64,000 nucleotides of DNA, from the NCBI GenBank assembly GCA_963798845.1, contig CAWCUS010000001.1:736001-800000 (forward strand), written 5' to 3'. Below, piece after piece: positions 21,748 to 30,963 of this stretch. Below the pieces are notes generated by a model. The model saw only the letters and a program-made list of their open reading frames with translations. It searched no databases and was not told the DNA's origin. Origin of the DNA: an uncultured Gemmatimonadales bacterium (GTDB lineage: Bacteria; Gemmatimonadota; Gemmatimonadetes; Longimicrobiales; RSA9). The position numbers and the translations under genes are program-made. Positions within the stretch are counted from its first letter, which is position 1. Each line of letters opens with the position of its first letter.

Positions 21748-23133
21748 TCAGAACCCGGCGGTGAGCAGCTGCGTGGCCACGCCTGCGGCGAAGCCCAGGA
21801 GGATGGCCCAGGTCCACCGGAGGTGGCCCATGAAGGTGTAGGTGTTCCGGGCCTGTCCCATGAGCGCGACGCCGGCCGCGCTGCCGACCGAGAAGAGGGA
21901 GCCGCCGATCCCGGCGGTGAGCGTCACCAGCAGCCACTGCCCCTCGTCCATCGTGGGGCTCATCTGGAGCACGGAGTACATGACCGGGATGTTGTCCACG
22001 ACGGACGAGAGGAGCCCGACTGTGACGTTCGCGGCCGTGGGCCCGAACGAGCCGTAGAGCCACTGGGAGGCGAGGGCGAGATAGCCCAGGGTCGCGAGGC
22101 CGCCCACGGCCATGATCACGCCGTAGAAGAACAGGAGCGTGTCCCATTCGGCGCGCTTCAGCAGCCGGAACACGTCGAAGCTCGCGTCGGCGGGTGCGCT
22201 CTCGAACAGCGAGAACGGTGAGCTCGGGTCGAAGAAGAAGCCGGAGCCGTTCCCCCTCGGCACGTCCCCTTTCCGACGGACTCCCCAGCCGAACACGTTC
22301 AGCACGGCCAGCCCCGTCATCATCCCGATCACCGGCGGCAGGTTCCAGGCATGTCGGGAGTAGACGGTCCCCGCCACGGTCAGGACGAAGAGGGCGACCA
22401 CCTCCAGCGCCCCCGGCTTGAGCGGCTCCCCGGCGGCGGACGTGGTCGGGCGCCCGGCGGGCACCGCCGTCTGCATGAGCAGCGCCGGGACGAGCCAGCT
22501 CACGAGGGCGGCCGGAAGGATGTGGAAGAAGTCTCCGAACGGGAGCATGCCGGCCTGCCAGACCATGAGCGTCGTCACGTCGCCGAAGGGGCTGAACGCG
22601 CCCCCCGCGTTGGCGGCGACCACCACGTTGACGAGGGCGGCCAGGAGGAACTTGGGCCGCTGGCCCGCCACGGCCACGACCACCGAGCCCACCACGAGGG
22701 CGGTGGTCATGTTGTCCACGATCGGGGACAGGACGAACGCGAGGGCGCCGGTGATCCAGAACACGGCGCGCAGCGACAGGCGACGGCGCAGCAGCCAGGC
22801 GCGGAGCGCCTCGAACACGTTCCGCTCCTCCATCGTGTTCACGAACGTCATCGCGACGAGGAGGAAGAGAAACAGCTCGCCGAAGTCCGTCAGCTGCCGC
22901 CGCACCGCCTCCGCCGCGGCGTCCGGATACCCGAGCACGGTGAACGCGTGTGCCACGAGCAGCCAGATGATGCCCGCGGCCAGCATCACCGGCTTGCTCT
23001 TCCGCAGCTGGAGCGGCTCCTCCAGCAGGACGAGAACGTAGGCGACGACGAAGATCCCGACCGCGACGAGACCCACCGGGCTCGCCACCAGGTCCATCTG
23101 CGGCCCCGTCAGCAGGGCGGACATGGCGAACAT
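21748..23133 (-). CDS. nhaD: NhaD-type Na+/H+ antiporter (IT superfamily)
   Basis: LRKSKPVMLAAGIIW, AANAGGAFSPFGDVTTLMVWQ, DTLLFFYG, GGSLFSVGSAAGVALMG. Confidence 0.88.
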   Translation of the reverse strand: MFAMSALLTGPQMDLVASPVGLVAVGIFVVAYVLVLLEEPLQLRKSKPVMLAAGIIWLLVAHAFTVLGYPDAAAEAVRRQLTDFGELFLFLLVAMTFVNTMEERNVFEALRAWLLRRRLSLRAVFWITGALAFVLSPIVDNMTTALVVGSVVVAVAGQRPKFLLAALVNVVVAANAGGAFSPFGDVTTLMVWQAGMLPFGDFFHILPAALVSWLVPALLMQTAVPAGRPTTSAAGEPLKPGALEVVALFVLTVAGTVYSRHAWNLPPVIGMMTGLAVLNVFGWGVRRKGDVPRGNGSGFFFDPSSPFSLFESAPADASFDVFRLLKRAEWDTLLFFYGVIMAVGGLATLGYLALASQWLYGSFGPTAANVTVGLLSSVVDNIPVMYSVLQMSPTMDEGQWLLVTLTAGIGGSLFSVGSAAGVALMGQARNTYTFMGHLRWTWAILLGFAAGVATQLLTAGF

Positions 23134-23399
23134 GCTGTTCTATTCCCGCAGACGGCGGCTCCGCGACCGGGCCGCCGCGCTTGGCTGCTATCCATTCCGA
23201 CCGCCGTCCGTTCGGCGGCGGGACAGAGGAAGATGGCGAGTCTGCCGCGAATGGAAAGGGCAGACGGTGTCCGACCTGCGCGGTGAGCCCGCCGCAATCA
23301 GGGTCGGCCGCCTCACGCCCGCGCTGGACGGTCCAGCAGGGTTCCTCTACCTTTTGGCCTCCAGGCCCACGGCAAACTACCTGTCAGAAAGGCGACGTC

Positions 23400-24974
23400 A
23401 TGAGAAAGGCCGGTACGCCCGCGCTCCTCCTCGCGGCGCTCATGGTTCCTGCGGGCGTTGCGGCCCAGCAGGGGCGGCCCGAAGTCCAGGTCCGTCACGA
23501 GAACGGCGCCGCTGCGAAGAAGGACGCGGACGTCAAGCCGGAGCAGGTGACCACGCAGCACTCGGCCACCATCGGCGGCCAGAAGATCGACTATGACGCC
23601 ACCGTCGGCGACATCATCCTCCGCGACGACGACGACAACCCGACCGCGGCGCTGTACTACACCGCCTACGTGCGGCGCGGAATCTCCGACACGAGCGGTC
23701 GGCCGCTGGTGTTCGCGTACAACGGCGGGCCGGGCAGCGCGTCGATCTGGGTGCACATGGGGGCGTTCGGGCCGAAGCGCGTGGCGGTGCCGGACACCAC
23801 CCACGCGCCGCCGCCGCCCTACCCGCTCGAGGACAACCAGTACAGCCTGCTGGACGTGGCCGACCTGGTGTTCATTGACCCGGTGGGCACCGGCTTCAGT
23901 CACCCGCTCGGCGACGCCACCGGGAAGGACTTCTGGGGTGTGGACGAGGACGCGCGCTCGCTGGCGCAGTTCGTCACGCGCTGGCTGAGCGAGAACGGGC
24001 GCTGGAACTCGCCGCGCTACCTCATTGGCGAGAGCTACGGCACCACGCGCTCCGCAACGCTCGGCAACCTGCTCCAGCAGCGGGAGAACGTGGATCTGAA
24101 CGGCATCGTGCTGGTCTCCGCCGTCCTGGACTTCAGCACGATCACGTTCCAGCCGGGGAACGAGATGCCGTACATCACGTACCTGCCTTCCTACGCGGCC
24201 GTGGCGTGGTATCACGACGTGCTGCCGGAGAAGCCGATCGAGCTGCGGCCGTACCTGGCGGAAGTGGAGCAGTTCGCCACGGGCGAGTACGCCCACGCCC
24301 TCCTCGCCGGCTCCGACCTGGACCCCGCGGAGCGGGGCCGCGTGCTGGACCAGCTGGCCAGGTACACGGGCCTGGACCGCGACTACCTGGACAGGGCGGA
24401 CCTGCGCGTGGACGCCAGCGAGTTCGAGAAGGAGCTCATGCGCGAGCACGGCCTCGTGGTCGGCCGCCTGGACGCCCGCTTCACCGGCCCCACCGGGGAC
24501 CTGCTCGCGGAACGCGCGCCGTACGACCCGCAGTCGTCCGCCATCAGCTCAGCCTACACGTCGCTCTTCAACGAGTACATGCACGATGAGCTCAAGTTCG
24601 GCCGGGACAGGGTCTACCAGGTGAGCGGGAACGTGCGCCCGTGGAACTGGACGCACGGCGCGACGCGCGGCTGGCCCGGCTACACCAACGTGGCGACGGA
24701 CCTGGCCCAGGCCATCACGCAGAACCCGAAGCTCCACGTCATGCTCGCTTCCGGGCTTTTCGACCTGGCGACGCCGTACTTCGCCGCCGAGTACACCATG
24801 GACCACCTCGGCCTCCCCGCGAACCTGCGCGGCAACATCCGCGAGGAGGAGTACGAGGCCGGGCACATGATGTACGTGAACCCGCAGTCGCTGGCCAAGC
24901 TGAAGACGGACATCGCCAGCTTCATCGCGCAGACCAGCCGCGCGCCGGCAGCCGTCGCGGCAGGGGCGAGGTAG
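23400..24974 (+). CDS. S10-family serine carboxypeptidase, exported
   Basis: FAYNGGPGSAS, DLVFIDPVGTGFS, GESYG nucleophile, DLATP, YEAGHMMY. Confidence 0.92.
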   Translation: MRKAGTPALLLAALMVPAGVAAQQGRPEVQVRHENGAAAKKDADVKPEQVTTQHSATIGGQKIDYDATVGDIILRDDDDNPTAALYYTAYVRRGISDTSGRPLVFAYNGGPGSASIWVHMGAFGPKRVAVPDTTHAPPPPYPLEDNQYSLLDVADLVFIDPVGTGFSHPLGDATGKDFWGVDEDARSLAQFVTRWLSENGRWNSPRYLIGESYGTTRSATLGNLLQQRENVDLNGIVLVSAVLDFSTITFQPGNEMPYITYLPSYAAVAWYHDVLPEKPIELRPYLAEVEQFATGEYAHALLAGSDLDPAERGRVLDQLARYTGLDRDYLDRADLRVDASEFEKELMREHGLVVGRLDARFTGPTGDLLAERAPYDPQSSAISSAYTSLFNEYMHDELKFGRDRVYQVSGNVRPWNWTHGATRGWPGYTNVATDLAQAITQNPKLHVMLASGLFDLATPYFAAEYTMDHLGLPANLRGNIREEEYEAGHMMYVNPQSLAKLKTDIASFIAQTSRAPAAVAAGAR

Positions 24975-25232
24975 GACCCGGCCGGGACCCGGCGGGCACC
25001 GGGTGCCCGGCCGGAGTCCGGGTCTCCAGGCGCGCAGGCGGGGCCGGCGCGCTGTCGCGGAACTGGGAAGGCTGCGTCCGGTCCCGGAGCGAACGGGTGG
25101 CGCTCCCGGGCCCTCACCAGTCGGCCCAAGCTGTTGCGGTGAAAGGACATCCGGTCGGCGTTCCGGGCAGGCACGCTCCTTCCCCTCAGTCCGATCCGTG
25201 ACCCTGTGCCCCTGACCCGGACCGAACGATCC

Positions 25233-27656
25233 ATGCTCACTGCCGTCTTCACCTCCCTCCGCGACGCCGCCCGCGGCCTGCGCCGCTCGCCGGGCTTCAC
25301 TGTGGTGGCCGTGCTCTCGCTCGCGCTGGGGATCGGCGCCGGGGCGTCCATCTTCTCGCTCGTGGATGCGCTGGTGCTGCGGCCCGTGCCCGGGGTGGCG
25401 GACCCGGCCAGGGTGGTGGAAGTGACTGGCGAATCGTTCACGTACCCGGCCACGCGCGACTACATCGACGCGGTCGGCTCGGCGAGGCTGACGGGGTTCG
25501 CTCCGCGCTGGGTGGCGCTGACCACGGGCGGGGAGGCGGAGCGGGTGGAAGTGGTGGCGGTCACCGGCGACTACTTCGGGGTCCTGGGCGTCCGCCCGGC
25601 CCGGGGCCGCGCGCTCGGGGCCGCGGACGACGAGCCGGGCGCCCCCCTCGCCATCGTGCTGTCGGATGCGGCGAGCCGGGAGCGGTTCGGCGGCGCTGCC
25701 GATGTGGTGGGGCGGACCGTGTCGCTGAACGGCCAGGCGTTCACCGTGGTCGGCGTGGCCCCGGCGGGGTTCCGGGGCACGCGGCTCGGCACGCGCCCGC
25801 TGGGATGGGTGTCGGTCCGGAGCTGGGCCCAGGTCAAGCGCGGCGCCTACGTGGGGCTGGACGTGGAGGGGCGGGGCTGGAGCTGGCTGCGGATCGCCGG
25901 CCGGCTGGCGCCGGACGCGGGGCCGGGCGCCGTCGCCGCCGAGATGGATGCAGTGGCCCGGCGCGAGATCGAGCGCTTCCCCGACGCCGTGCCCCCGACG
26001 CCGCCGGCGCTGCGCGTGGTCCCGATCGCGGCGGCCGCCGCGGGGCTGGACGGCAGCCGGGCGCTGAAGCGGTTCGGCGGCGTGCTGCTCGCGGCCGTCG
26101 GGCTGGCGCTCCTCATCGCGTGCGCCAACATCGCCAACCTCATGCTCGCCCGCGGCGCGCGCCGCCGACAGGAGCTGGCCGTGCGGCGGGCGCTGGGCGC
26201 GAGCCGCCGGGGGCTGGCGCTTCGTACGCTCACGGAGAGCTCGCTGCTGGCGGCCCTCGGCGTCGGCTTCGGCATCCTCCTGGCGACGTGGGGCGTCGCG
26301 CTGCTCGCGGCCCTCACCCTCCCCGGGGGCATCGACGTGGGCGCCCTCGGTGTGCACGTGAGCGCGCGCGTGGTGGCGGTGTCGGCAGCCATGGGCGCGA
26401 TCACCGCCCTGCTCTTCGGCTCCGTTCCCGCGCTGCGCAGCGGCTCCGCGCCGGCGGCGAGCGCCCTCGGCGCCCGCGGCGCCACCGGCGGAGCGCGGGG
26501 TGCGCGGACGAGGGGCGCCCTGGTGGCCACGCAGGTTGCGCTCTGCCTGGTCCTGCTGGCGGGGGCGGCGCTGCTCCTGCGCAGCCTGGGCGCGGCCATG
26601 CGCGAGGATCCGGGCTTCGACGCGCCGAGGCTCGGGGTCCTCGAGGTGGACCTGGGCAACTCCGGCTACACGCCCGAGCACGTGCGCGCCTACATGGACG
26701 CCGTGCGCGGCCGCGTCGCCAGCGATCCCGGCGTGGAGGCCACGGCGTGGATCTCCATCTCGCACCTGACCGCCGACGAGAACGTGGAGACGTTCACGCT
26801 CGACGCGCCGGGGGCGGCAGGCGCGCGCGACGTGCCGGCCACAGAGATGGGGCTGGTCGGTCCGGGGTACTTCCCCGCGAGCGGGACGGCGCTGCTGCGC
26901 GGGCGTGGCTTCGACGAGAACGCAACGGAGCCGGAGGCGGTGGTGAGCCGGGCGTTCGCCGAGCGCTTCTCGCCGGGCCGGGACCCGATCGGCCGGGCCG
27001 TCTTCATGGGACCGGGACGCGCGACCATCGTCGGCGAGGCGGAGGACGTGGCGCTGCACGGCCCCGGCACCGTGGTGGCTCCGTTCGCCTACCTCCACGT
27101 CCCAGACGCGACGCCCGGCGGCGTCGCCAGCCTCCTGGTGCGCACGCGCGGCCGCCCGGACCGCGTCCTCCCGGGCATCGTCCGCACCGCCGCGGACGTG
27201 GACGGGACGCTTCCGATCCGCGCCGTGTCGCTGGCCGAGCGGCTTCGTGACCTGCTCGCGCCGCAACGCGTGGCGGCCATCCTGTTCACGGTCTTCGGGC
27301 TCCTCACCCTGGCCCTGGCAACCACCGGCATCTACGGCGTCATCTCCTACGCCACAGCCCAGCGGAAGCAGGAGTTCGGCATCCGCGTCGCGCTCGGCGC
27401 CTCCACCCGCGCCGTCGCCGCCATGGTCGTGCGGCAGGGGATGCGCGCCGTCGCCGCCGGCGCAGCGGTCGGACTCGCCGGGGCCTGGGTCGCCGGCCGC
27501 ACGCTGCGGAGCCTCCTCTACGACGTCGCCCCCTCCGACCCGCTGGCCCTCGGCGCCGCCGTCGCCCTCCTGGCCCTGGCCGCCATCGCCGCCCTCCTGG
27601 TGCCCGCCATCCGCGCCGCCGCCGCCGATCCCGCCGCCGCGCTCCGAGAGGAGTAG
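25233..27656 (+). CDS. ADOP-family duplicated ABC permease (MacB_PCD + FtsX, twice)
   Basis: [56 protein letters not shown]. Confidence 0.9.
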   Translation: MLTAVFTSLRDAARGLRRSPGFTVVAVLSLALGIGAGASIFSLVDALVLRPVPGVADPARVVEVTGESFTYPATRDYIDAVGSARLTGFAPRWVALTTGGEAERVEVVAVTGDYFGVLGVRPARGRALGAADDEPGAPLAIVLSDAASRERFGGAADVVGRTVSLNGQAFTVVGVAPAGFRGTRLGTRPLGWVSVRSWAQVKRGAYVGLDVEGRGWSWLRIAGRLAPDAGPGAVAAEMDAVARREIERFPDAVPPTPPALRVVPIAAAAAGLDGSRALKRFGGVLLAAVGLALLIACANIANLMLARGARRRQELAVRRALGASRRGLALRTLTESSLLAALGVGFGILLATWGVALLAALTLPGGIDVGALGVHVSARVVAVSAAMGAITALLFGSVPALRSGSAPAASALGARGATGGARGARTRGALVATQVALCLVLLAGAALLLRSLGAAMREDPGFDAPRLGVLEVDLGNSGYTPEHVRAYMDAVRGRVASDPGVEATAWISISHLTADENVETFTLDAPGAAGARDVPATEMGLVGPGYFPASGTALLRGRGFDENATEPEAVVSRAFAERFSPGRDPIGRAVFMGPGRATIVGEAEDVALHGPGTVVAPFAYLHVPDATPGGVASLLVRTRGRPDRVLPGIVRTAADVDGTLPIRAVSLAERLRDLLAPQRVAAILFTVFGLLTLALATTGIYGVISYATAQRKQEFGIRVALGASTRAVAAMVVRQGMRAVAAGAAVGLAGAWVAGRTLRSLLYDVAPSDPLALGAAVALLALAAIAALLVPAIRAAAADPAAALREE

Positions 27657-27818
27657 CCAGCCCCTACCGTCGGACTGGCGGCACCCGCCTTCACGTCCTG
27701 CGTTCCTCGGCCACGTTCTCGCCGGGCACCTCGGGCCCATCCTGCGGCCTTCTTTGCGCGCCTCCCCCTTCCGCCCCCATACTCCCGGGACAACGCCAGA
27801 AACCCCTGGAGGCACCCC

Positions 27819-29855
27819 ATGCGCCGTAGCGCCATCGCCACGCTGGCCCTCGTCCTCGCCACAGCCGCGAACGTCTCCGCCCAGCGACCCAACAAGCCCG
27901 TGCTTCACGGGCAGCACTGGGTGGCCATCACCGGGAAGCCGCTCGCCGCCACCGCCGGCGCGCGCATCTTCCAGGAGGGCGGCAACGCCGTCGACGCCGC
28001 GTGCGCGATGCTCGGCTCCGTGACCACCATGTGGGACGTGCTGAGCTGGGGCGGCGAGACGCAGGCGCTGATCTACAACCCGAACACGGGCAAAGTGATC
28101 GGCATCAACGCGCTGGGCGTGGCGCCCACCGGGGCGACCGCGGAGTTCTACCGCTCGAAGGGCTACGACTACCCGCCCGAGTACGGCCCCCTGGCGGCGG
28201 TGACGCCCGGCACACCCGGCGGGCTCATGACCATGCTCGCCGAGTACGGCACCATGAGCCTGGCGCAGGTGCTCGCGCCCGCCATCGAGCTGGCCGACGG
28301 CTACCCCATCGAGGCCCAGACCGCCAACTCCATCGAGCGCGCCAAGGACCAGATCAAGGAGTGGCCCTACTCGAAGGCCGTCTTCCTCCCCCACCTGGGC
28401 GACGCGGCCCGCGAGGCCCCGTCCGCCGGCGAGATCTTCCGCCAGAAGGACCTCGCCGCGACGCTGCGCAAGCTGGTGGCCGCGGAGAAGGGAGCGCTGG
28501 ACGCCGGGAAGAGTCGCAAGGAGGCGATCTACGCCGCGTACGACCGCTTCTACAAGGGCGACATCGCGCAGGAGATCGTCCGGTCGGTGCGCGAGCAGGG
28601 CGGCCTCTTCACCATGGACGACCTCGCCAAGTGGCAGGTGCACATCGAGGAGCCGGTCCACACCAGCTACAAGGGGATCGAGGTCTACAAGCTGACCCAC
28701 TGGGTGCAGGGCCCCGTCATGCTCCAGACGCTGAACATCCTGGAGAACTTCGACCTGAAGAGCATGGGCTACAACAGCGCCCGCTACATGCACACGCTCT
28801 ACCAGGCCATGAACCTGGCGTACGCCGACCGCGACTTCTACTACGGCGACCCGTACCTCCCGCCCGAGGAGCCCATCGAAGGGCTGCTTTCCAAGGACTA
28901 CGCCCGCGAGCGCGCGAAGCTCATCGACCCGGACCGCAACGACCCCGACGTACGGCCCGGTGACCCGTACCCGTTCATGGGCAAGACCAACCCCTACACG
29001 GAGCTCCTCGCCGGCTGGCATACGACGACCCGGTTCGGCGACCACGGCAAGCCCACGACCACCGCCGCCGCCCGCGCCGGGTCCGCAGCCGGCGCCGCAG
29101 CCGACGCCGCGGCCGGGGACGAGTTCGGCGCCGCAGCCAATGCCGCGGCCGGGGACGAGTTCGGCGCCGCAGCCAATGCCGCGGCCGGGGACGAGTTCGG
29201 CGCCGCAGCCGATGCCGCTGCCGGGGACGAGTTCGGCGCCGCAGCCGACGGCTTCGCCCCGCCCGGCTTCTTCGCCGGCACCACTTCCATCCAGACCGCG
29301 GACGACGACGGCTGGGTGGTCTCCGTCACCCCCAGCGGCGGCTGGGTGCCCGCAGTCATCGCCGGCCACACCGGCGTCGGCCTGAGCCAGCGCGCCCAGA
29401 GCTTCGTGCTGTACGAGGCGGAGGACCCGTTCAACGTCATCCAACCCGGCCAGCGGCCCCGGGCCACCCTCACGCCCGGACTCGCCATGAAGGATGGGAA
29501 ACCGTACCTGTCGTTCGCCGTCCAGGGCGGCGATACCCAGGACCAGAACCTCCTCCAGTTCTTCCTCGACGTGGTGGAGTTCGGCATGGACGTCCAGGAG
29601 GCGACCGAGGCCGCGAACATCAACAGCTACCAGATGCGCAGCTCCTTCGGGACGCACGAGTCGGAGCCCGGCCGCGTGACGGTGCAGGCGCAGACGTCCC
29701 CCTGGGTCCTCGACCAGATGCGCCACATGGGCTACCGCCTCGACCTCCAGGAGCGCACCTCCGGCCCCATCAACGCCATCTTCTTCGATCGGGAGCACGG
29801 CACGTTCTGGGGCGGTTCCAGCGATTACGGGGAGGACTACGGCATCGCCTGGTAG
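27819..29855 (+). CDS. Gamma-glutamyltransferase-family Ntn hydrolase, exported
   Basis: GGNAVDAA, FYKGDIA, G|TTSIQTAD (nucleophile Thr at 29280), PGQRPRATLTP, GGDTQDQ. Confidence 0.92.
   Translation: MRRSAIATLALVLATAANVSAQRPNKPVLHGQHWVAITGKPLAATAGARIFQEGGNAVDAACAMLGSVTTMWDVLSWGGETQALIYNPNTGKVIGINALGVAPTGATAEFYRSKGYDYPPEYGPLAAVTPGTPGGLMTMLAEYGTMSLAQVLAPAIELADGYPIEAQTANSIERAKDQIKEWPYSKAVFLPHLGDAAREAPSAGEIFRQKDLAATLRKLVAAEKGALDAGKSRKEAIYAAYDRFYKGDIAQEIVRSVREQGGLFTMDDLAKWQVHIEEPVHTSYKGIEVYKLTHWVQGPVMLQTLNILENFDLKSMGYNSARYMHTLYQAMNLAYADRDFYYGDPYLPPEEPIEGLLSKDYARERAKLIDPDRNDPDVRPGDPYPFMGKTNPYTELLAGWHTTTRFGDHGKPTTTAAARAGSAAGAAADAAAGDEFGAAANAAAGDEFGAAANAAAGDEFGAAADAAAGDEFGAAADGFAPPGFFAGTTSIQTADDDGWVVSVTPSGGWVPAVIAGHTGVGLSQRAQSFVLYEAEDPFNVIQPGQRPRATLTPGLAMKDGKPYLSFAVQGGDTQDQNLLQFFLDVVEFGMDVQEATEAANINSYQMRSSFGTHESEPGRVTVQAQTSPWVLDQMRHMGYRLDLQERTSGPINAIFFDREHGTFWGGSSDYGEDYGIAW
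29091..29249 (+). repeat. Intragenic 36-bp tandem repeat (GAAA[D/N]AAAGDEF), 4 full copies plus a partial
   Basis: Four near-identical in-frame 36-bp units at 29091-29234 plus GAAAD. Confidence 0.93.
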
Positions 29856-29859
29856 GCGG

Positions 29860-30261
29860 CCGGCGGCAGGTTGCAGGCGCCAGGGTGCGGGGCAGGCGGC
29901 GCGCGTGAGGGTCCGGAGGCAGGCGGCGGACGGCAGGGCCGGAGGCAGGCGGCGGGTTGCAGGCGCCAGGGCGGCGCGCGGCACGCGGCGGGGTGCAGGC
30001 GGCAGGCTGCAGGTGCCAGGGCGCGGGGCAGGCGGCGGACGGCAGCGCCGGAGGCAGGCGGCGCCGGCGAGGGGCAGGCAGGACCCCGAGGCCGAACGGA
30101 GCGCCGGGCGGCAGGCGCCGGCGGCAGGTTGCAGGCGCCCAGGGTGCGGGGCAGGCGGCGCGCGTGAGGGGCCGGAGGCAGGCGGCGGACGGCAGGGCCG
30201 GAGGCAGGCCGCGCCGGAGAGGGGCAGGCAGGACCCCGAGGCCGAACGGAGCGCCGGGCGG
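29860..30261. repeat. Composite GCAGGC-rich intergenic repeat
   Basis: Block at 29860-29950 recurs at 30118-30209; block AGGGGCAGGCAGGACCCCGAGGCCGAACGGAGCGCCGGGCGG occurs near 30070 and 30220. Confidence 0.8.
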
Positions 30262-30304
30262 CCCCGCCGGATTCCGCCCAAACGACCCTGCCAGTCGTTC
30301 AATC

Positions 30305-30440
30305 GGTCGATCGGAGGCGCATAGCGCCGGAAATCGACCACCCGGCCAGGGCTCGAGCCCACGAATGGTCGGATTGGGGCCCTGAGAGCCGGAAATCGAC
30401 CATTCGAGCCGCGGCGCCCCTTCATCAGGTCGGTTCCCGG
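30305..30440. repeat. REP-like palindromic cluster B (35-bp GGTCG-N25-CGACC units)
   Basis: Units at 30305-30339 and 30367-30401 share GCCGGAAATCGACCA; a half-unit starts at 30428. Confidence 0.6.
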
Positions 30441-30467
30441 GGCCCGGCGACGCCTCCTCACGCCTTG

Positions 30468-30873
30468 ACCCCACCCGCCCGACCGCCACCCGCCCCACCG
30501 CCACCCGCCCCGACCCGCCCGCCCCAACCCACCCGCCCCGACCCGCCCGCCCCAACCCACCCGCCCCAACCCACCCGCCCGACCGCCACCCGCCCGCCCC
30601 CCGACCCGCCCCGACCGCCACCCGCCCCGACCCGCCCGCCCCACCCGCCCCGACCCGCCCGCCCGCCCCAACCCCCCGACCCGCCCCCCGACCGCCACCC
30701 GCCCCGACCCGCCCGACCCGCCCGCCCGACCGCCACCCGCCCCTACCCGCCCGCCCGACCCGCCCCACCCGCCCCGACCTGCCCGACCCAACCCCACCCG
30801 CCCCGACCGCCCACCCGCCCGCCCCAACCCACCCGCCCCAACCCCCCCGCTCCACCACCCGCTCCGCCGCCCC
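30468..30873. repeat. C-rich degenerate minisatellite (CCCGCCCCGA-like), almost T-free
   Basis: About 400 bp of CCCGCC/CCGACC/CCACCC/CCAACC variants. Confidence 0.85.
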
Positions 30874-30963
30874 GCGCGCGGCAACGCGTCCGGCCCGGCT
30901 TGCCGACCCTCCGGGTTCCGGAGCATGTTCCTCCCTGGACACCATCCGACGGAGGAATCCACT

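Noticed and set aside
29091..29249. CRISPR or mobile-element interpretation of the 36-bp repeats
   Set aside because: The units are contiguous with no spacers and lie in frame inside a gene.
24549..30962. 2137-aa minus-strand ORF, and other long antisense ORFs such as 352-2772, 19423-22221 and 29770-32574
   Set aside because: Shadow frames of well-supported genes and repeats in high-GC DNA; low-complexity translations with no family motifs.
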